A stretch of DNA of 64,000 nucleotides. It comes from Longimicrobiales bacterium. Its GTDB lineage: Bacteria > Gemmatimonadota > Gemmatimonadetes > Longimicrobiales > Gaopeijiaceae. Made by a program: the position numbers and the translations under genes. This document shows, piece after piece, positions 31,283 to 40,986 of this stretch. Location of the stretch: assembly GCA_965226375.1 (NCBI GenBank), contig CBDDCX010000008.1, positions 448,001 through 512,000 of the forward strand, in the 5' to 3' direction. Positions within the stretch are counted from its first letter, which is position 1, and each line of letters begins with the position of its first letter. Under the pieces are notes generated by a model, which searched no databases, was not told the DNA's origin, and saw nothing but the letters and a program-made list of their open reading frames with translations.

Positions 31283-32177
31283 TTCCGGCCTCGGTTCGGA
31301 GGTCCGGCGATCTGCCCAGAGATTGATCTCGGCTGCCGTCACACCGTGTTGGTCATGGCTGCTGAAGGCGTGTAGGCCGTTTTGGCAGACCAACCCGACG
31401 GCGCGACGCTTTTCTCCGGAGTCGGGCAGGGTCGTAATCATATCTCCCCACCCCGACGACGAAACCATCGGCGTGGGTGGAGTAGCAGCGCTCTACGTGC
31501 GAGCCGGTGCTCACGTGACGGTGGTAGTGGTCACCGATGGAGGGGGCTCACGAGCCGGGGGGCTCGCATCGGGAGAGATGATCGCTCGCCGGACGGCCGA
31601 GATGGAATCGGCCATGATCGAGCTCGGAGTCGAGTCGTTGGTCCACCTGCGGGCTCCTGAACGTCAGGCGGACAACGCGACCGTACGAACGGTGCTCGGG
31701 TCGCTGGTCGCCGACGCCGACATCGTGTACTCACCCTCGTGTATCGACTTCCATCCCGACCATCTCGACGTGGCTTCGGTCGTTGCCGATGTCGTGCGTG
31801 ATCGTCATTCGGTTCGAATCTACGAGATCGGGGTTCCGTTGACGCCGACGCTCGTGAATCTCGTCGCCGACATCTCTTCGGTCCTCGATCGGAAGAGGGC
31901 GGGCGTCGCACGGTTCGAGACCCAGGCCGGAAATTTGGCTCCACTCGTCAGACTGGAGCGATACCGCACAGCGCTCTTCGGCGTGGAGCCCTCGGAGGTG
32001 TTCTGGGAGTTGTCGGCGGCACAATTCCGAAAACTCATCACCGAGAATACCTGGACCTGGGAGACCACTCCGTTTCGAGGAGTCCGGCGCTCGCCCGTTT
32101 CCGACCTCGCCGCCTTCATGGTTGGGGGTCGGACCCGGAGGAGGCTTCTCGAGGCGAGCATGTCCACTTCGCTGTAG
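31275..32177 (+). CDS. PIG-L family deacetylase
   Basis: SPHPDDE, VTDG, HPDH, YE motifs; TTG start overlapping the GNAT stop (start uncertain). Confidence 0.85.
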   Translation: MADSGLGSEVRRSAQRLISAAVTPCWSWLLKACRPFWQTNPTARRFSPESGRVVIISPHPDDETIGVGGVAALYVRAGAHVTVVVVTDGGGSRAGGLASGEMIARRTAEMESAMIELGVESLVHLRAPERQADNATVRTVLGSLVADADIVYSPSCIDFHPDHLDVASVVADVVRDRHSVRIYEIGVPLTPTLVNLVADISSVLDRKRAGVARFETQAGNLAPLVRLERYRTALFGVEPSEVFWELSAAQFRKLITENTWTWETTPFRGVRRSPVSDLAAFMVGGRTRRRLLEASMSTSL

Positions 32178-32229
32178 GTTGCTTCAACCTCTGACGATTC
32201 CGTTCCCATGAGCCACCCGGGAGGTCTCA

Positions 32230-33135
32230 ATGTCACTGCCCGTGCTCCCACGCGTTTCCTTGCTCGCCGCCTTGCTGTGGGCAACGCCCCTGATCGCCCA
32301 AACGGACTGGGATGCCGTAGAGATCCGTACGGTTCCCCTAAGTGGGGGTATCTACATGTTGATGGGGAGCGGAGGTAATATCGGGCTCTCCGTCGGAGAA
32401 GACGGCGCCTTTGTCGTGGATGACCAATTCGCGCCGCTCACCGAGAAGATCAAGGCTGCCATTGCTGGAGTGACCGATCAGCCCGTGAAGTGGGTCTTGA
32501 ATACTCACTGGCACGGTGATCACACCGGTGGGAACGAGAACTTCGGTAGCTCGGGTGCCCTCATCGTCGCTCACGACAACGTGTACAAGCGGCTGAACCC
32601 GGCGGAGTTCGCCGGGCTGGTGGGGCGGAGTCAGCAGGCGCCCGATGCGGCCCTTCCGGTCGTCACCTTCGGTGATGCGATGACCTTCCACTGGAACGGT
32701 GAGGACATCAAAGCCTTCCACGTGGAGCACGCCCACACGGACGGAGACGTGATCATCCACTTCGTCGGGTCCGACATCTACCACATGGGCGACACGTTCT
32801 TCAACGGCCGCTATCCCTTCATCGACGTAGATTCGGGCGGGAGCGTCGACGGGTTGATCGCGACGGCGGACTTGATCCTCCGCATGAGCGGATCGGACAC
32901 CCAGATCATACCGGGCCACGGTGAGCTGGCGACTCGTGATGGCCTCCGGGCCTACAGAGAGATGCTCAGCACGGTGAGGGAGCGCGTGGCCCAACTGGTC
33001 CGAGACGGCAACACCCAGGAGGAGGCTGTAGCCGCCAATCCCACGGCTGATCTCGATCCGGCGTGGGAAACCACCCGAGACTGGACGGAGGGGTTCGTGG
33101 CCTTGGTCTATCGGAGTTTGACCGAGGGCCGCTAG
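32230..33135 (+). CDS. Secreted MBL-fold metallo-hydrolase
   Basis: THWHGDHTGGN, AHTDGD, HMGD, PGHG. Confidence 0.88.
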   Translation: MSLPVLPRVSLLAALLWATPLIAQTDWDAVEIRTVPLSGGIYMLMGSGGNIGLSVGEDGAFVVDDQFAPLTEKIKAAIAGVTDQPVKWVLNTHWHGDHTGGNENFGSSGALIVAHDNVYKRLNPAEFAGLVGRSQQAPDAALPVVTFGDAMTFHWNGEDIKAFHVEHAHTDGDVIIHFVGSDIYHMGDTFFNGRYPFIDVDSGGSVDGLIATADLILRMSGSDTQIIPGHGELATRDGLRAYREMLSTVRERVAQLVRDGNTQEEAVAANPTADLDPAWETTRDWTEGFVALVYRSLTEGR

Positions 33136-33196
33136 GTGGGAACGGACCGCTCAGTTTCTGCGGCACTCCGGCTTTCATGTAGGGCGCAGGTGCTTG

Positions 33197-33484
33197 TCAC
33201 GGGCCCGGTCGAGCCGCGTCGTCCGCGAACCCGTACGCCGTCGCCATCACCAAACGACCGTCGCGGACGACGGCGAACTGGGCCGCCGCCTTTACATCCC
33301 ACTTCGCTATGAAGGAGCGCCCGAAACGGTCCACCTCCTCCAGGCCCGACCCCGACGTGGGACCAACGAAGGAGGGCCCACCGCAGGCCAAGGTGCCTAG
33401 GCGCGCGAGGACCACCGCAACGCCAACTCGACACCACATCCGAAGACGCCGCCTCACTAGCCGGGCCCTTCTTTCACTTCCCAT
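33197..33484 (-). pseudogene. N-terminal fragment of serine hydrolase (beta-lactamase-like) gene
   Basis: AVVRDGRLVMATAYGFAD typical of the family N-terminus; stops before any SxxK motif. Confidence 0.5.
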
Positions 33485-33599
33485 TTTCGATTCCTACTCC
33501 CACCGACGTAGCCGTAGAATCCCCATTCAACTACACGACCCCGCATTGGCCCAGAGTAGTCGCTCGTCATGGCTCATTCGACGTATCTAAATACGCTTA

Positions 33600-34666
33600 A
33601 TGGGGTATTGCCTTAAGTCCACCGCCCACTACATGTTGTGGTCATGGCGGTTCCGGCTTCTCAGCTCCGTGGCGGCGTGGACTATCCCCGTACGCGGCTG
33701 GAGCTGGACGAGTTCTTCCCCGACGATGCGGCATGCCTGGAGTACGTGGAGGGTCTGCGCTGGCCGGAAGGGTTTGTGTGCGTGGGCTGTGGCGGGTTGG
33801 GAGAGGTCTGGCGAGCATCGCGGGGGCGTCTCGTCTGCCCACACTGTCGAAGGCAGACCTCGGTGCTGGCGGGAACCGTGTTCCACCGCACGCGCTCGCC
33901 CCTGCGTCTGTGGTTTCTCGCTGCCTGGGAGCTCACGAGTCAGAAATACGGAGCCAATGCTCTCGGGCTCCAGCGCGTGCTCGGACTGGGAAGCTACAAG
34001 ACAGCGTGGGTCTGGCTCCACAAGCTCCGCCGGGCCATGGTCCGACCGGATCGCGACCAGCTGAGCGGCGTTGTGCAAGTGGACGAGAGCTATGTCGGGG
34101 GCGTGGAGGCTGGAGTGCGGGGCCGCGAGACGATCAAGAAGGCCATCGTCGCGATCGCCGCCGAGGTCGACGGACGCAAGATCGGGAGAATACGGCTGCG
34201 TTGGGTGCCCGACCTCTCCGCTCCGGTTCTGCGAGGCTTCGTCAAGGATAGCATCGCACCGGCAAGCACGGTGCATACCGACGGATGGCCAAGCTATCAG
34301 GGACTCGCCAAACTGGGCTTTCGCCACACGGTCACGAACCTCTCGACCTCCGGCGATCCCGCTCACGTGCTCATGTCGGCCGTACATCGGGTGGCGTCTC
34401 TCCTCAAGCGCTGGGTCCTCGGAACCCTCCAAGGAGGGATCGCCCGCGAACACCTCCCCTACTATCTGGACGAGTTCACCTTTCGCTTCAACCGACGCAC
34501 ATCCCGGGCTCGCGGCCTGTTGTTCTACCGCTTGCTTGAGCAGGCTGTTCAGTGTGCTCCCACGCCAGCTTCGGCCCTTTACCTCGGCACCGGACGTGGG
34601 AAACGGCCCGCAGAGCCCCGGTAACCACTATATCTTGGGGTCGGTGGACTTAAGGGAATACCCCCT
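33600..34666 (+). mobile_element. IS1595 family insertion sequence (ISSod11-like)
   Basis: About 25-bp terminal inverted repeats (GGGGTATT[G/C]CCTTAAGTCCACCG) and 8-bp target duplication TACGCTTA at 33592-33599 and 34667-34674. Confidence 0.93.
33638..34624 (+). CDS. IS1595 family transposase
   Basis: RWPEGFxCxxC...CxxC zinc ribbon; VDESYVGG, HTDGW, VH, YLDEFxFRFNRR. Confidence 0.93.
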   Translation: MVMAVPASQLRGGVDYPRTRLELDEFFPDDAACLEYVEGLRWPEGFVCVGCGGLGEVWRASRGRLVCPHCRRQTSVLAGTVFHRTRSPLRLWFLAAWELTSQKYGANALGLQRVLGLGSYKTAWVWLHKLRRAMVRPDRDQLSGVVQVDESYVGGVEAGVRGRETIKKAIVAIAAEVDGRKIGRIRLRWVPDLSAPVLRGFVKDSIAPASTVHTDGWPSYQGLAKLGFRHTVTNLSTSGDPAHVLMSAVHRVASLLKRWVLGTLQGGIAREHLPYYLDEFTFRFNRRTSRARGLLFYRLLEQAVQCAPTPASALYLGTGRGKRPAEPR

Positions 34667-34899
34667 TACGCTTAAAGACCGACGGTCTTCCGAAGTTCCA
34701 GTTGGAGAGGTGCGTGTAGTGCATGCATATCGATGGTTCTTTCTTCTGTTTTTCATGGCCGGTTCCGCCCGCGTGTCCCGTCGGTTGTCCGGTCGGTTAA
34801 ACCCGGCAGATCACGACCTTGTGGAACGGCGAAGGCGGCTAATCGCACCATCCATCTAGGTCTTACCGCCATCCTGCCGTGATTCCGACCCCTACTCAG

Positions 34900-34920
34900 G
34901 CGCCTGATAAGCGTGAGGTC
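34900..34920 (+). other. tRNA-Ile(GAT) anticodon-arm fragment, possible att remnant
   Basis: GCGCCTGATAAGCGTGAGGTC resembles bacterial tRNA-Ile anticodon stem-loop plus variable loop; no acceptor, D or T arms. Confidence 0.5.
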
Positions 34921-34990
34921 CAAGGCTCGTCTGCCCCGCGCGGCTGTGAAGGTGCGGCCCGGTTACCTCGCCCGATCCCGAAGTCATATC

Positions 34991-35139
34991 TTATAACGGG
35001 CTCACGCGCTCCCGGCGCGGAGTGAGCGCCAGCGAACGGAGTGCCCCGAAGGGACGGGCCCGTTGGTCTTCACGATAGTGCCACATCAGGTAATGCGTGA
35101 AGGCGCACCCGAGGGTCCGGCGGGAGAGCGGCGTTACGA
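34991..35139. repeat. Structured imperfect palindrome, attC-like
   Basis: Ends TATAAC...GTTACG; arms CGCGCTCCCGGCGCGGA / TCCGGCGGGAGAGCG; nested hairpins. Confidence 0.4.
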
Positions 35140-35152
35140 GTCGTCCCGCCGT

Positions 35153-35719
35153 TCAGCCGATGGTGGACAGTCCGCCGCCGACCACCATCCCCATGACGAG
35201 TCCGATGGTTGCCAAGATTACCCAGGCCAAGTGGGCGCTACGGTTCGAGGTCCAGGTGAGCGCGGCATGGATGGGGATCAACCCGAGCGTGACGGGCCAC
35301 TCTGCCCCTATGGGACGGACCCCGCCGTAAAACAGATATGGCCCGAAGTATCCGGCGAGGTCCGTGAGAATCAGGATCCCGAAGAACACGCGTCGATTCT
35401 CGATGAAGTAGTCATCGAGCGATACCTCGGCGCCCTCCGGTGGGAAGAGGAGAGCCGACGCGGCGTAGAACGCGATGGGCATGAAGAGGCAGGCCATCAC
35501 GACACCGACCGACCACTCGGCTCTCGCCACGCCTGACCACCGGAGCGCCCACAACGCAACGGTGAGCATGAGGATCTGCATTACCCAGAGGCCGTGTAGA
35601 AGACCTGGCCGCACCTTCGTGTCAGCTCTGAGGGCCGTCACAGCCCCATTCAGGAGCGTCGTGATCGCGAGACCAATGATGATCGACACTACGACCATCA
35701 CATACTCGAACGGGGTCAC
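35153..35719 (-). CDS. Hypothetical membrane protein
   Basis: About 5 TM helices; FEYVMVVVSIIIGLAIT and LLFP...YFxxNRRxFF pattern. Confidence 0.7.
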   Translation of the reverse strand: MTPFEYVMVVVSIIIGLAITTLLNGAVTALRADTKVRPGLLHGLWVMQILMLTVALWALRWSGVARAEWSVGVVMACLFMPIAFYAASALLFPPEGAEVSLDDYFIENRRVFFGILILTDLAGYFGPYLFYGGVRPIGAEWPVTLGLIPIHAALTWTSNRSAHLAWVILATIGLVMGMVVGGGLSTIG

Positions 35720-35798
35720 CGTGCAGCCCTATGGAGTAGTCTCATTGGATGCTTCCACACGCTTCTAGGGATGACTCGTAACGGCCGGACTCCCGACA

Positions 35799-36923
35799 CT
35801 ACAGCTTCGGAAACACGAACCGGGCGTACTCGAACTCGTTGCCGTGGAAGTATTTGAAACTGCGGGTCCTGAAGTCGCTCCAGGAGTCGTAGACCCGTTT
35901 GAACTCGGCGTTTCCCGCGGCCTGCTCCTCCAGATACGCGTTGCTCTCCCGCCAGGCCGCCTCGAGTATCTCGTTGGAGAAGCTGCGTAGGATGACGCCC
36001 TCCTCCGTAGTCAGACGCTCCAGGGCGAGCGGGTTCTCTACGTCGTAGCGTGCCAGCGTCTGAATGTCGGCACTGTCGCAAGCGGCCTGGAGCGCCTCCT
36101 GATAGGTCGCGGGGAGTGAATTCCAGGCATCGAGGCCCACCTGAAGCGTGGTCGTTACCCCGGGCTCCCACCAGCCCGGTATGTAGTAGTTCTTGGCGAT
36201 CCTATGGAGACCGAGCTTCTCGTCGTCGTAGGGACCCACCCACTCTGTGGCGTCGATCGCTCCGCGCTCGAGGGCCGGATAGATCTCTGCCGCCCCCAGC
36301 ACCTGAACGCTCACGCCGAGTCGTGCCATGATCTCGCCCGCCAGCCCCGGGATGCGCATGCGAAGACCCCTCATGTCGCTCAGGGACGCGATCGGCTCAC
36401 GGAACCAGCCACCGAACTGGGGTCCGGTGCTCCCGCACGGGAACGTGATGATCCCGAAGTCCGAGTAGATGTCCCTCATCAGGTCCAAGCCACCGCCGTG
36501 GTGCAGCCAGGCGGCGCGCTGCCGGTTCGTCAGCCCGAACGGAATCGCAGTTCCGAAGGCGAGGGTGGGGTTCTTCCCGATGTACCAGTAGTCTGGTGTG
36601 TACCCGGCCTGGACGGTGCCGGACTCCACGGCGTCCATGACCTGCAGGGCGGGGACGATCTCGCCGGCGGCGAACACGCGGATCGTGAACCGCCCTCCGG
36701 TCAGCGCCTCGACTCGGTCCGCGATGCTCACAGCGGCCCCGTGAAGAATGTCCAGGCTGGGAGGAAAGCTGGACGCAAGGCGCCAGCTCACTCGAGGGCC
36801 CGTGATCGGCGTGTCGCCGCCACCGCTCTGAGGCTCATCGCCTCCGCAGGAGGCAAGTACACCGGTTCCGGCGGCCCCGAGGGTCGCCTTCCGTACGAAT
36901 TCTCGACGCTTCATGGGGCTCAT
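35799..36923 (-). CDS. dctP: TRAP substrate-binding protein (TakP-like), Tat lipoprotein
   Basis: KRREFV plus LASC; GGWF, MRIPG, LERGAIDATEWVGPYDD, PGWWEP. Confidence 0.9.
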   Translation of the reverse strand: MSPMKRREFVRKATLGAAGTGVLASCGGDEPQSGGGDTPITGPRVSWRLASSFPPSLDILHGAAVSIADRVEALTGGRFTIRVFAAGEIVPALQVMDAVESGTVQAGYTPDYWYIGKNPTLAFGTAIPFGLTNRQRAAWLHHGGGLDLMRDIYSDFGIITFPCGSTGPQFGGWFREPIASLSDMRGLRMRIPGLAGEIMARLGVSVQVLGAAEIYPALERGAIDATEWVGPYDDEKLGLHRIAKNYYIPGWWEPGVTTTLQVGLDAWNSLPATYQEALQAACDSADIQTLARYDVENPLALERLTTEEGVILRSFSNEILEAAWRESNAYLEEQAAGNAEFKRVYDSWSDFRTRSFKYFHGNEFEYARFVFPKL

Positions 36924-37043
36924 GGTGTGGGCGCGTCCCGCGTAGTGACCAGGATGAGGGGGCTATGCGATGTTGCCCGAGATCTACCCGGAGAGGCGCA
37001 ACGGGGCAAATGGCGCCGAAGCAAAAGCCCCGGCCACGTCAGC

Positions 37044-37529
37044 CTACAGCGCCCGCACGTCGCTCAGAAGCGTGAAGCCGAGCTCCTCGTCCGCGATCAT
37101 TTCCGAGTAGTCGATGAAGATGAGGGTGGGGTACCCGCGGGTGGCGTCGAAGTCCACGTCGACTTGATGTGCGTCGCCGGCGTATGCGTCCTGCAGCAGA
37201 TCGAAGAGGCCGTCGATGGTCAGGTACCACTGCAGCTCGTCGGCTTCCAGGACCTCTTGGGTCTCGAGATCGGTGGCCTCGGTCAGGACCCCGGCCACCA
37301 CGATGAGCCGAACGCCCTCACGGAAGGGGCAGAAGCAGACCCTCCGGACGTCGTACGTGTAGTCCGTCAGGCTCTGTGCCTCCCATAGGGAGCGCTGTTC
37401 ACTCAGGAGGTCCACCTCCGGGCCCGTCGAGTCACCGCAGGCGATTGGACCAACCATGAGGATCGCGGCCAGAATAGATGCGAATCGAGAGGCCGGGGAT
37501 CGGTCGGGACCTTTCGGACATGGGAGCAT
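37044..37529 (-). CDS. DUF6174-like lipoprotein
   Basis: Lipobox IAC; W..DY.Y...CFC, TIDGLF, GYP..I.ID....ADEE. Confidence 0.7.
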   Translation of the reverse strand: MLPCPKGPDRSPASRFASILAAILMVGPIACGDSTGPEVDLLSEQRSLWEAQSLTDYTYDVRRVCFCPFREGVRLIVVAGVLTEATDLETQEVLEADELQWYLTIDGLFDLLQDAYAGDAHQVDVDFDATRGYPTLIFIDYSEMIADEELGFTLLSDVRAL

Positions 37530-37603
37530 GGGAGCCTCGGTGTTCGTCGTTGGAGCGGGTCTACCCATTGAATAACGTCTGACGGGGCTTCGGTGTGACA
37601 CCG

Positions 37604-38671
37604 TCAACGGACCTCAGTAACACTCCGGTCGATATCGTCGAACATCTGATGGAGCAACGGAATCGTCGCCTCGGGTCGGCTTCCCACCTCTAAAGTCCAA
37701 CCGCCGTTTCCCGCTAGCTGGCGCACGCTCTCCTTGATGGTATCCGAGAAGAGGTCGAACCCGTATTCCGGATTCGCGAGAAGCCTCACCTCCAGCTCGT
37801 CGGCACTCAGGCGGGCCAGTGCCGCCTCGTGGTTCGTCCGGGTCAGAACGCAGATGCCGGCCCGCTCCACCACTGGAAACGGAGCCCCGGCCCCGATCTC
37901 CCGAAGGCTGATGACGATCTTCTCCCGTCCGTTGCGAAGGACCGTCGCGCGAATGTCGGCCAGAGCCGGCCAGCGTTCCCGGGCGTCGACCGGCAGATGG
38001 AGGTGACTCGGCATGCCCCACACCCGGAGGTTGGGGTGGCGCTGAAGGTTGACGTAGTCGTCCGAGAGCACGGAGAGACCGTCGAGAGCACCCATGTAAC
38101 AGAGAGTGCTCTTGCCGGTGCCGCTGGGACCCGCCAGCAAGAGGGTCGAGTCACCCCTCACCAGGGCGGCCGCGTGGAGGGGCTGCCGGTCCAGCGGAGA
38201 CAGCAATCCCATGGTCATCGCCGAAATGAAGGCGTAGCGGAAGTGCTCCCGGTCGGAGACCATCGCCGGGGTCACATAGCCGATCGCCTCGAGGCGACGG
38301 ACGTCGGTAACCGCTAGACAGCCCGGACCGGTGATGTAGAGGCGGTCCACATCGGGCACCCGGTATCGAAGTCGGGCATGCTCGCCCGCGCGCACGGCGC
38401 CCCCTTGCTCGGCGTCTGCAACGGCGACGACGTCCTCACCGTCGTCGTAGACGATCACGGTGATGCTGACCGGTTCGGTCTCCAGGAATCGGGGTTGATC
38501 CTGTAGGACTCGCCAGACCCCGTAGGACTCCTCGATCACCCCCAGGACGTCCGGGGAATTGGTGCTGTATCGCACCGGGATGCCCATCACCGGAAGTTCA
38601 ACGCGATGCTCCAGGGCGACGTTGCGTAGAAGGGGATCGTCGGTCCGTTCGAATTCGATCAAGTCCGGCAT
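37604..38671 (-). CDS. HprK-related kinase
   Basis: LHAAAL, GPSGTGKST Walker A, LSDD. Confidence 0.75.
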   Translation of the reverse strand: MPDLIEFERTDDPLLRNVALEHRVELPVMGIPVRYSTNSPDVLGVIEESYGVWRVLQDQPRFLETEPVSITVIVYDDGEDVVAVADAEQGGAVRAGEHARLRYRVPDVDRLYITGPGCLAVTDVRRLEAIGYVTPAMVSDREHFRYAFISAMTMGLLSPLDRQPLHAAALVRGDSTLLLAGPSGTGKSTLCYMGALDGLSVLSDDYVNLQRHPNLRVWGMPSHLHLPVDARERWPALADIRATVLRNGREKIVISLREIGAGAPFPVVERAGICVLTRTNHEAALARLSADELEVRLLANPEYGFDLFSDTIKESVRQLAGNGGWTLEVGSRPEATIPLLHQMFDDIDRSVTEVR

Positions 38672-38699
38672 TCCTTGGCAGTCATCGAGCGAGACCCTC

Positions 38700-39782
38700 T
38701 TACCGATCGAGGATCTGAGTGGCGGTCCAGTCGGCGTCCTCGGCTGCAGCACGGGCCTGTGCCGCCCGCGCCAGCCTCAGGCGTCGTTCCTCGTCCACCA
38801 GCAGGGCAGCTGTCTCCCCAGCCAGAGCCTCGGACTCACCCACGGGTACGACGACGGCCGCGTCAGGCGCCCAGTCGATGAGGTGGCCCACAGACGTTCC
38901 CACGGTGGGAACTCCTACGATAGCCGCTTCGAGTACCACCAGCGGGCCGGATTCGTGCCGGGACGTTACCAATAGAAGGTCCGCTCCCTCCATCAGGGGT
39001 CTCAACTCGAGATGGGGCAAGAAACCGTGAAAGGTGATGTGCTCAAGAAGCTCCAAAGACGCCGCGAGTCCGTGGATTTCACCGTCCAGCGTGTCTTCGC
39101 CTACCACGTCGAGATGGCAGTCCATTCGTTGGTCGACCAGGATTCTAAGGGCCTCCAGGAGGGTTCGCTGATCCTTCACCCGATTCAGGCTGCCCACGTT
39201 TAGCAGGCGAGCCGGTCGCTCCGGGCTCCGGCGCCTCGGGGGTACGGACGGCCATTGGTCGAGCGCTACACCAAACGGGATCCGAGATGTCTCGATTCCC
39301 AACGCCGCGGCGTGCTCTTGCATGACCGAGCTCGAGACCAGGGTCTCAGCGGCACCGGCAACCGCGGCTTGGAGCCAGAAACGCCCTCGCCAATAGGATC
39401 GTAGGCCGAAGTCGATGTCGGGAAGGGACTCCAGATCACCGCCGATCAGGTGGAGCAATACGGGTCGACCCAGCAGACGGCCGGCCACGGCGGCCACCAG
39501 TCCCGGTGGAGCCGCCCACAAGGCGTGAAGGACGTCGAAGGGCGCCCGGTGATGCTCGCGGACCACCGCGGCAAGAGCCCGCAGACGTCGTGGCCGGGCA
39601 CCGATGTTGTGGACTTGGGCACCGAGCAGCTCGTAGCGCGACGGCCTTGCTTCCTGCCGAAGCGCGAAGACGTGGAGATCGTGCTGCCGGGCCACCCGCT
39701 CCATGAGCCACAGATTGCAGGGGATCACCCGGTGGGTTCGGGACCGATCCACGCCTCCGGGGAGGAGCATGGCGATCTTCAC
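38700..39782 (-). CDS. GT4 glycosyltransferase
   Basis: VGSLxxVKD, ESGPLVVLE (EX7E). Confidence 0.85.
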   Translation of the reverse strand: MKIAMLLPGGVDRSRTHRVIPCNLWLMERVARQHDLHVFALRQEARPSRYELLGAQVHNIGARPRRLRALAAVVREHHRAPFDVLHALWAAPPGLVAAVAGRLLGRPVLLHLIGGDLESLPDIDFGLRSYWRGRFWLQAAVAGAAETLVSSSVMQEHAAALGIETSRIPFGVALDQWPSVPPRRRSPERPARLLNVGSLNRVKDQRTLLEALRILVDQRMDCHLDVVGEDTLDGEIHGLAASLELLEHITFHGFLPHLELRPLMEGADLLLVTSRHESGPLVVLEAAIVGVPTVGTSVGHLIDWAPDAAVVVPVGESEALAGETAALLVDEERRLRLARAAQARAAAEDADWTATQILDR

Positions 39783-39810
39783 GCGGCCCGTACTCGTTCA
39801 ACACCGAACC

Positions 39811-40986
39811 TCATCCTGTCCTTCGGTCGAGGACCTGTTGTACCTGAGTCGTCATTCCCTGCTTGAAACGTTGCCGTCCGAATCTCGCCGCGCTGGCCCG
39901 GAGGGCTCCGGGCGAGAAGTCATGCGACTCGAAGCATTGCACGGCCTCCATCAGTCCCTCGGGGGATGCGTCGCGAAAGAACACGCCGGTCGGTCCGAGC
40001 CCATTCTGTGCGTCGTCCTCCGAGCCCTGAGACGGGTGGTCGCCGGCGCCGTGCACCCCCACGACCGTTTCGAGCGCCCCACCTTTTCCGTAGGCGATGA
40101 CCGGGGCTCCCGCCGCCTGGGCTTCGACGGCCGTGATCCCGAAGTCCTCTTCTCCGGGAAAAAGAAACGCCCGGCACCGTGACAGGAGGTCGACCACCTC
40201 CGCATCCGTCACTCTGCCGAGAAACGAGACTCCCGGCCCGGCCAGCTTGGCCAGGCTGGAACGCTCGGAGCCGTCACCCGCGATGACGAGCCGACGGCCG
40301 AGTCGATTGCACGCCTCCACAGCGAGATCGACCCGCTTGTAGGGGACCAGGGCGCCGAGGGCGAGATAGAAGTCCTCCCGGATCGCTGCGGGCGCGAAGC
40401 GCTCCAGGTCGACAGGGGGGTACACAACGGTGGCCGACCCACCGTAGTGCCGGCGAATGCGGCGGCCGACGCATTCGGAGTTGGCCAGGAAGTGATCGAC
40501 CCGATCGGCGGAGGCCACGTCCCAGCGCCGGAGACGCGGGGCGACGGTCGCGACGGCCGCACGGACCAATGGGCTCGCCCGGCCGGGCCCGAAGTACTGC
40601 TGATACTGATCCCACACGTAGCGCATGGGGGTGTGGCAGTAGCACAGGTGCGGTACGCCTGTGGGGGGGCGAGCCCCCTTCGCCACGCAGTGGCTGCTCG
40701 AAATCACCAGGTCGAACCCTCGTAGGTCGAACGATTCGACGGCTCGGGGAAAGAGCGGCAAGAGGTACCGGTATCGATCGCGCACAAGGGGCACGTCGTC
40801 CACGAAGGACGTGTGTATGGGTCGATTCTCGATCTGTGAGGAGACCGACCCGCGCCGATGGATCAGGGTGAAGATCTCCGCTTGGGGGAAGAGCTCGAGA
40901 AGGCCCTCCAAGACGCGTTCCCCCCCCCGCATCCCCGTGAGCCAGTCATGTACCAGCGCGACTCGCATCGATTCGTGGCCGGGCAT
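39811..40986 (-). CDS. GT4 glycosyltransferase
   Basis: VALVHDWLTGMRGGE, EDFGITAVEAQAAG. Confidence 0.9.
   Translation of the reverse strand: MPGHESMRVALVHDWLTGMRGGERVLEGLLELFPQAEIFTLIHRRGSVSSQIENRPIHTSFVDDVPLVRDRYRYLLPLFPRAVESFDLRGFDLVISSSHCVAKGARPPTGVPHLCYCHTPMRYVWDQYQQYFGPGRASPLVRAAVATVAPRLRRWDVASADRVDHFLANSECVGRRIRRHYGGSATVVYPPVDLERFAPAAIREDFYLALGALVPYKRVDLAVEACNRLGRRLVIAGDGSERSSLAKLAGPGVSFLGRVTDAEVVDLLSRCRAFLFPGEEDFGITAVEAQAAGAPVIAYGKGGALETVVGVHGAGDHPSQGSEDDAQNGLGPTGVFFRDASPEGLMEAVQCFESHDFSPGALRASAARFGRQRFKQGMTTQVQQVLDRRTG

Noticed and set aside
34880..34960. Complete tRNA-Ile gene
   Set aside because: No T-arm (GTTCRA), D-arm or acceptor stem around the anticodon-like segment.
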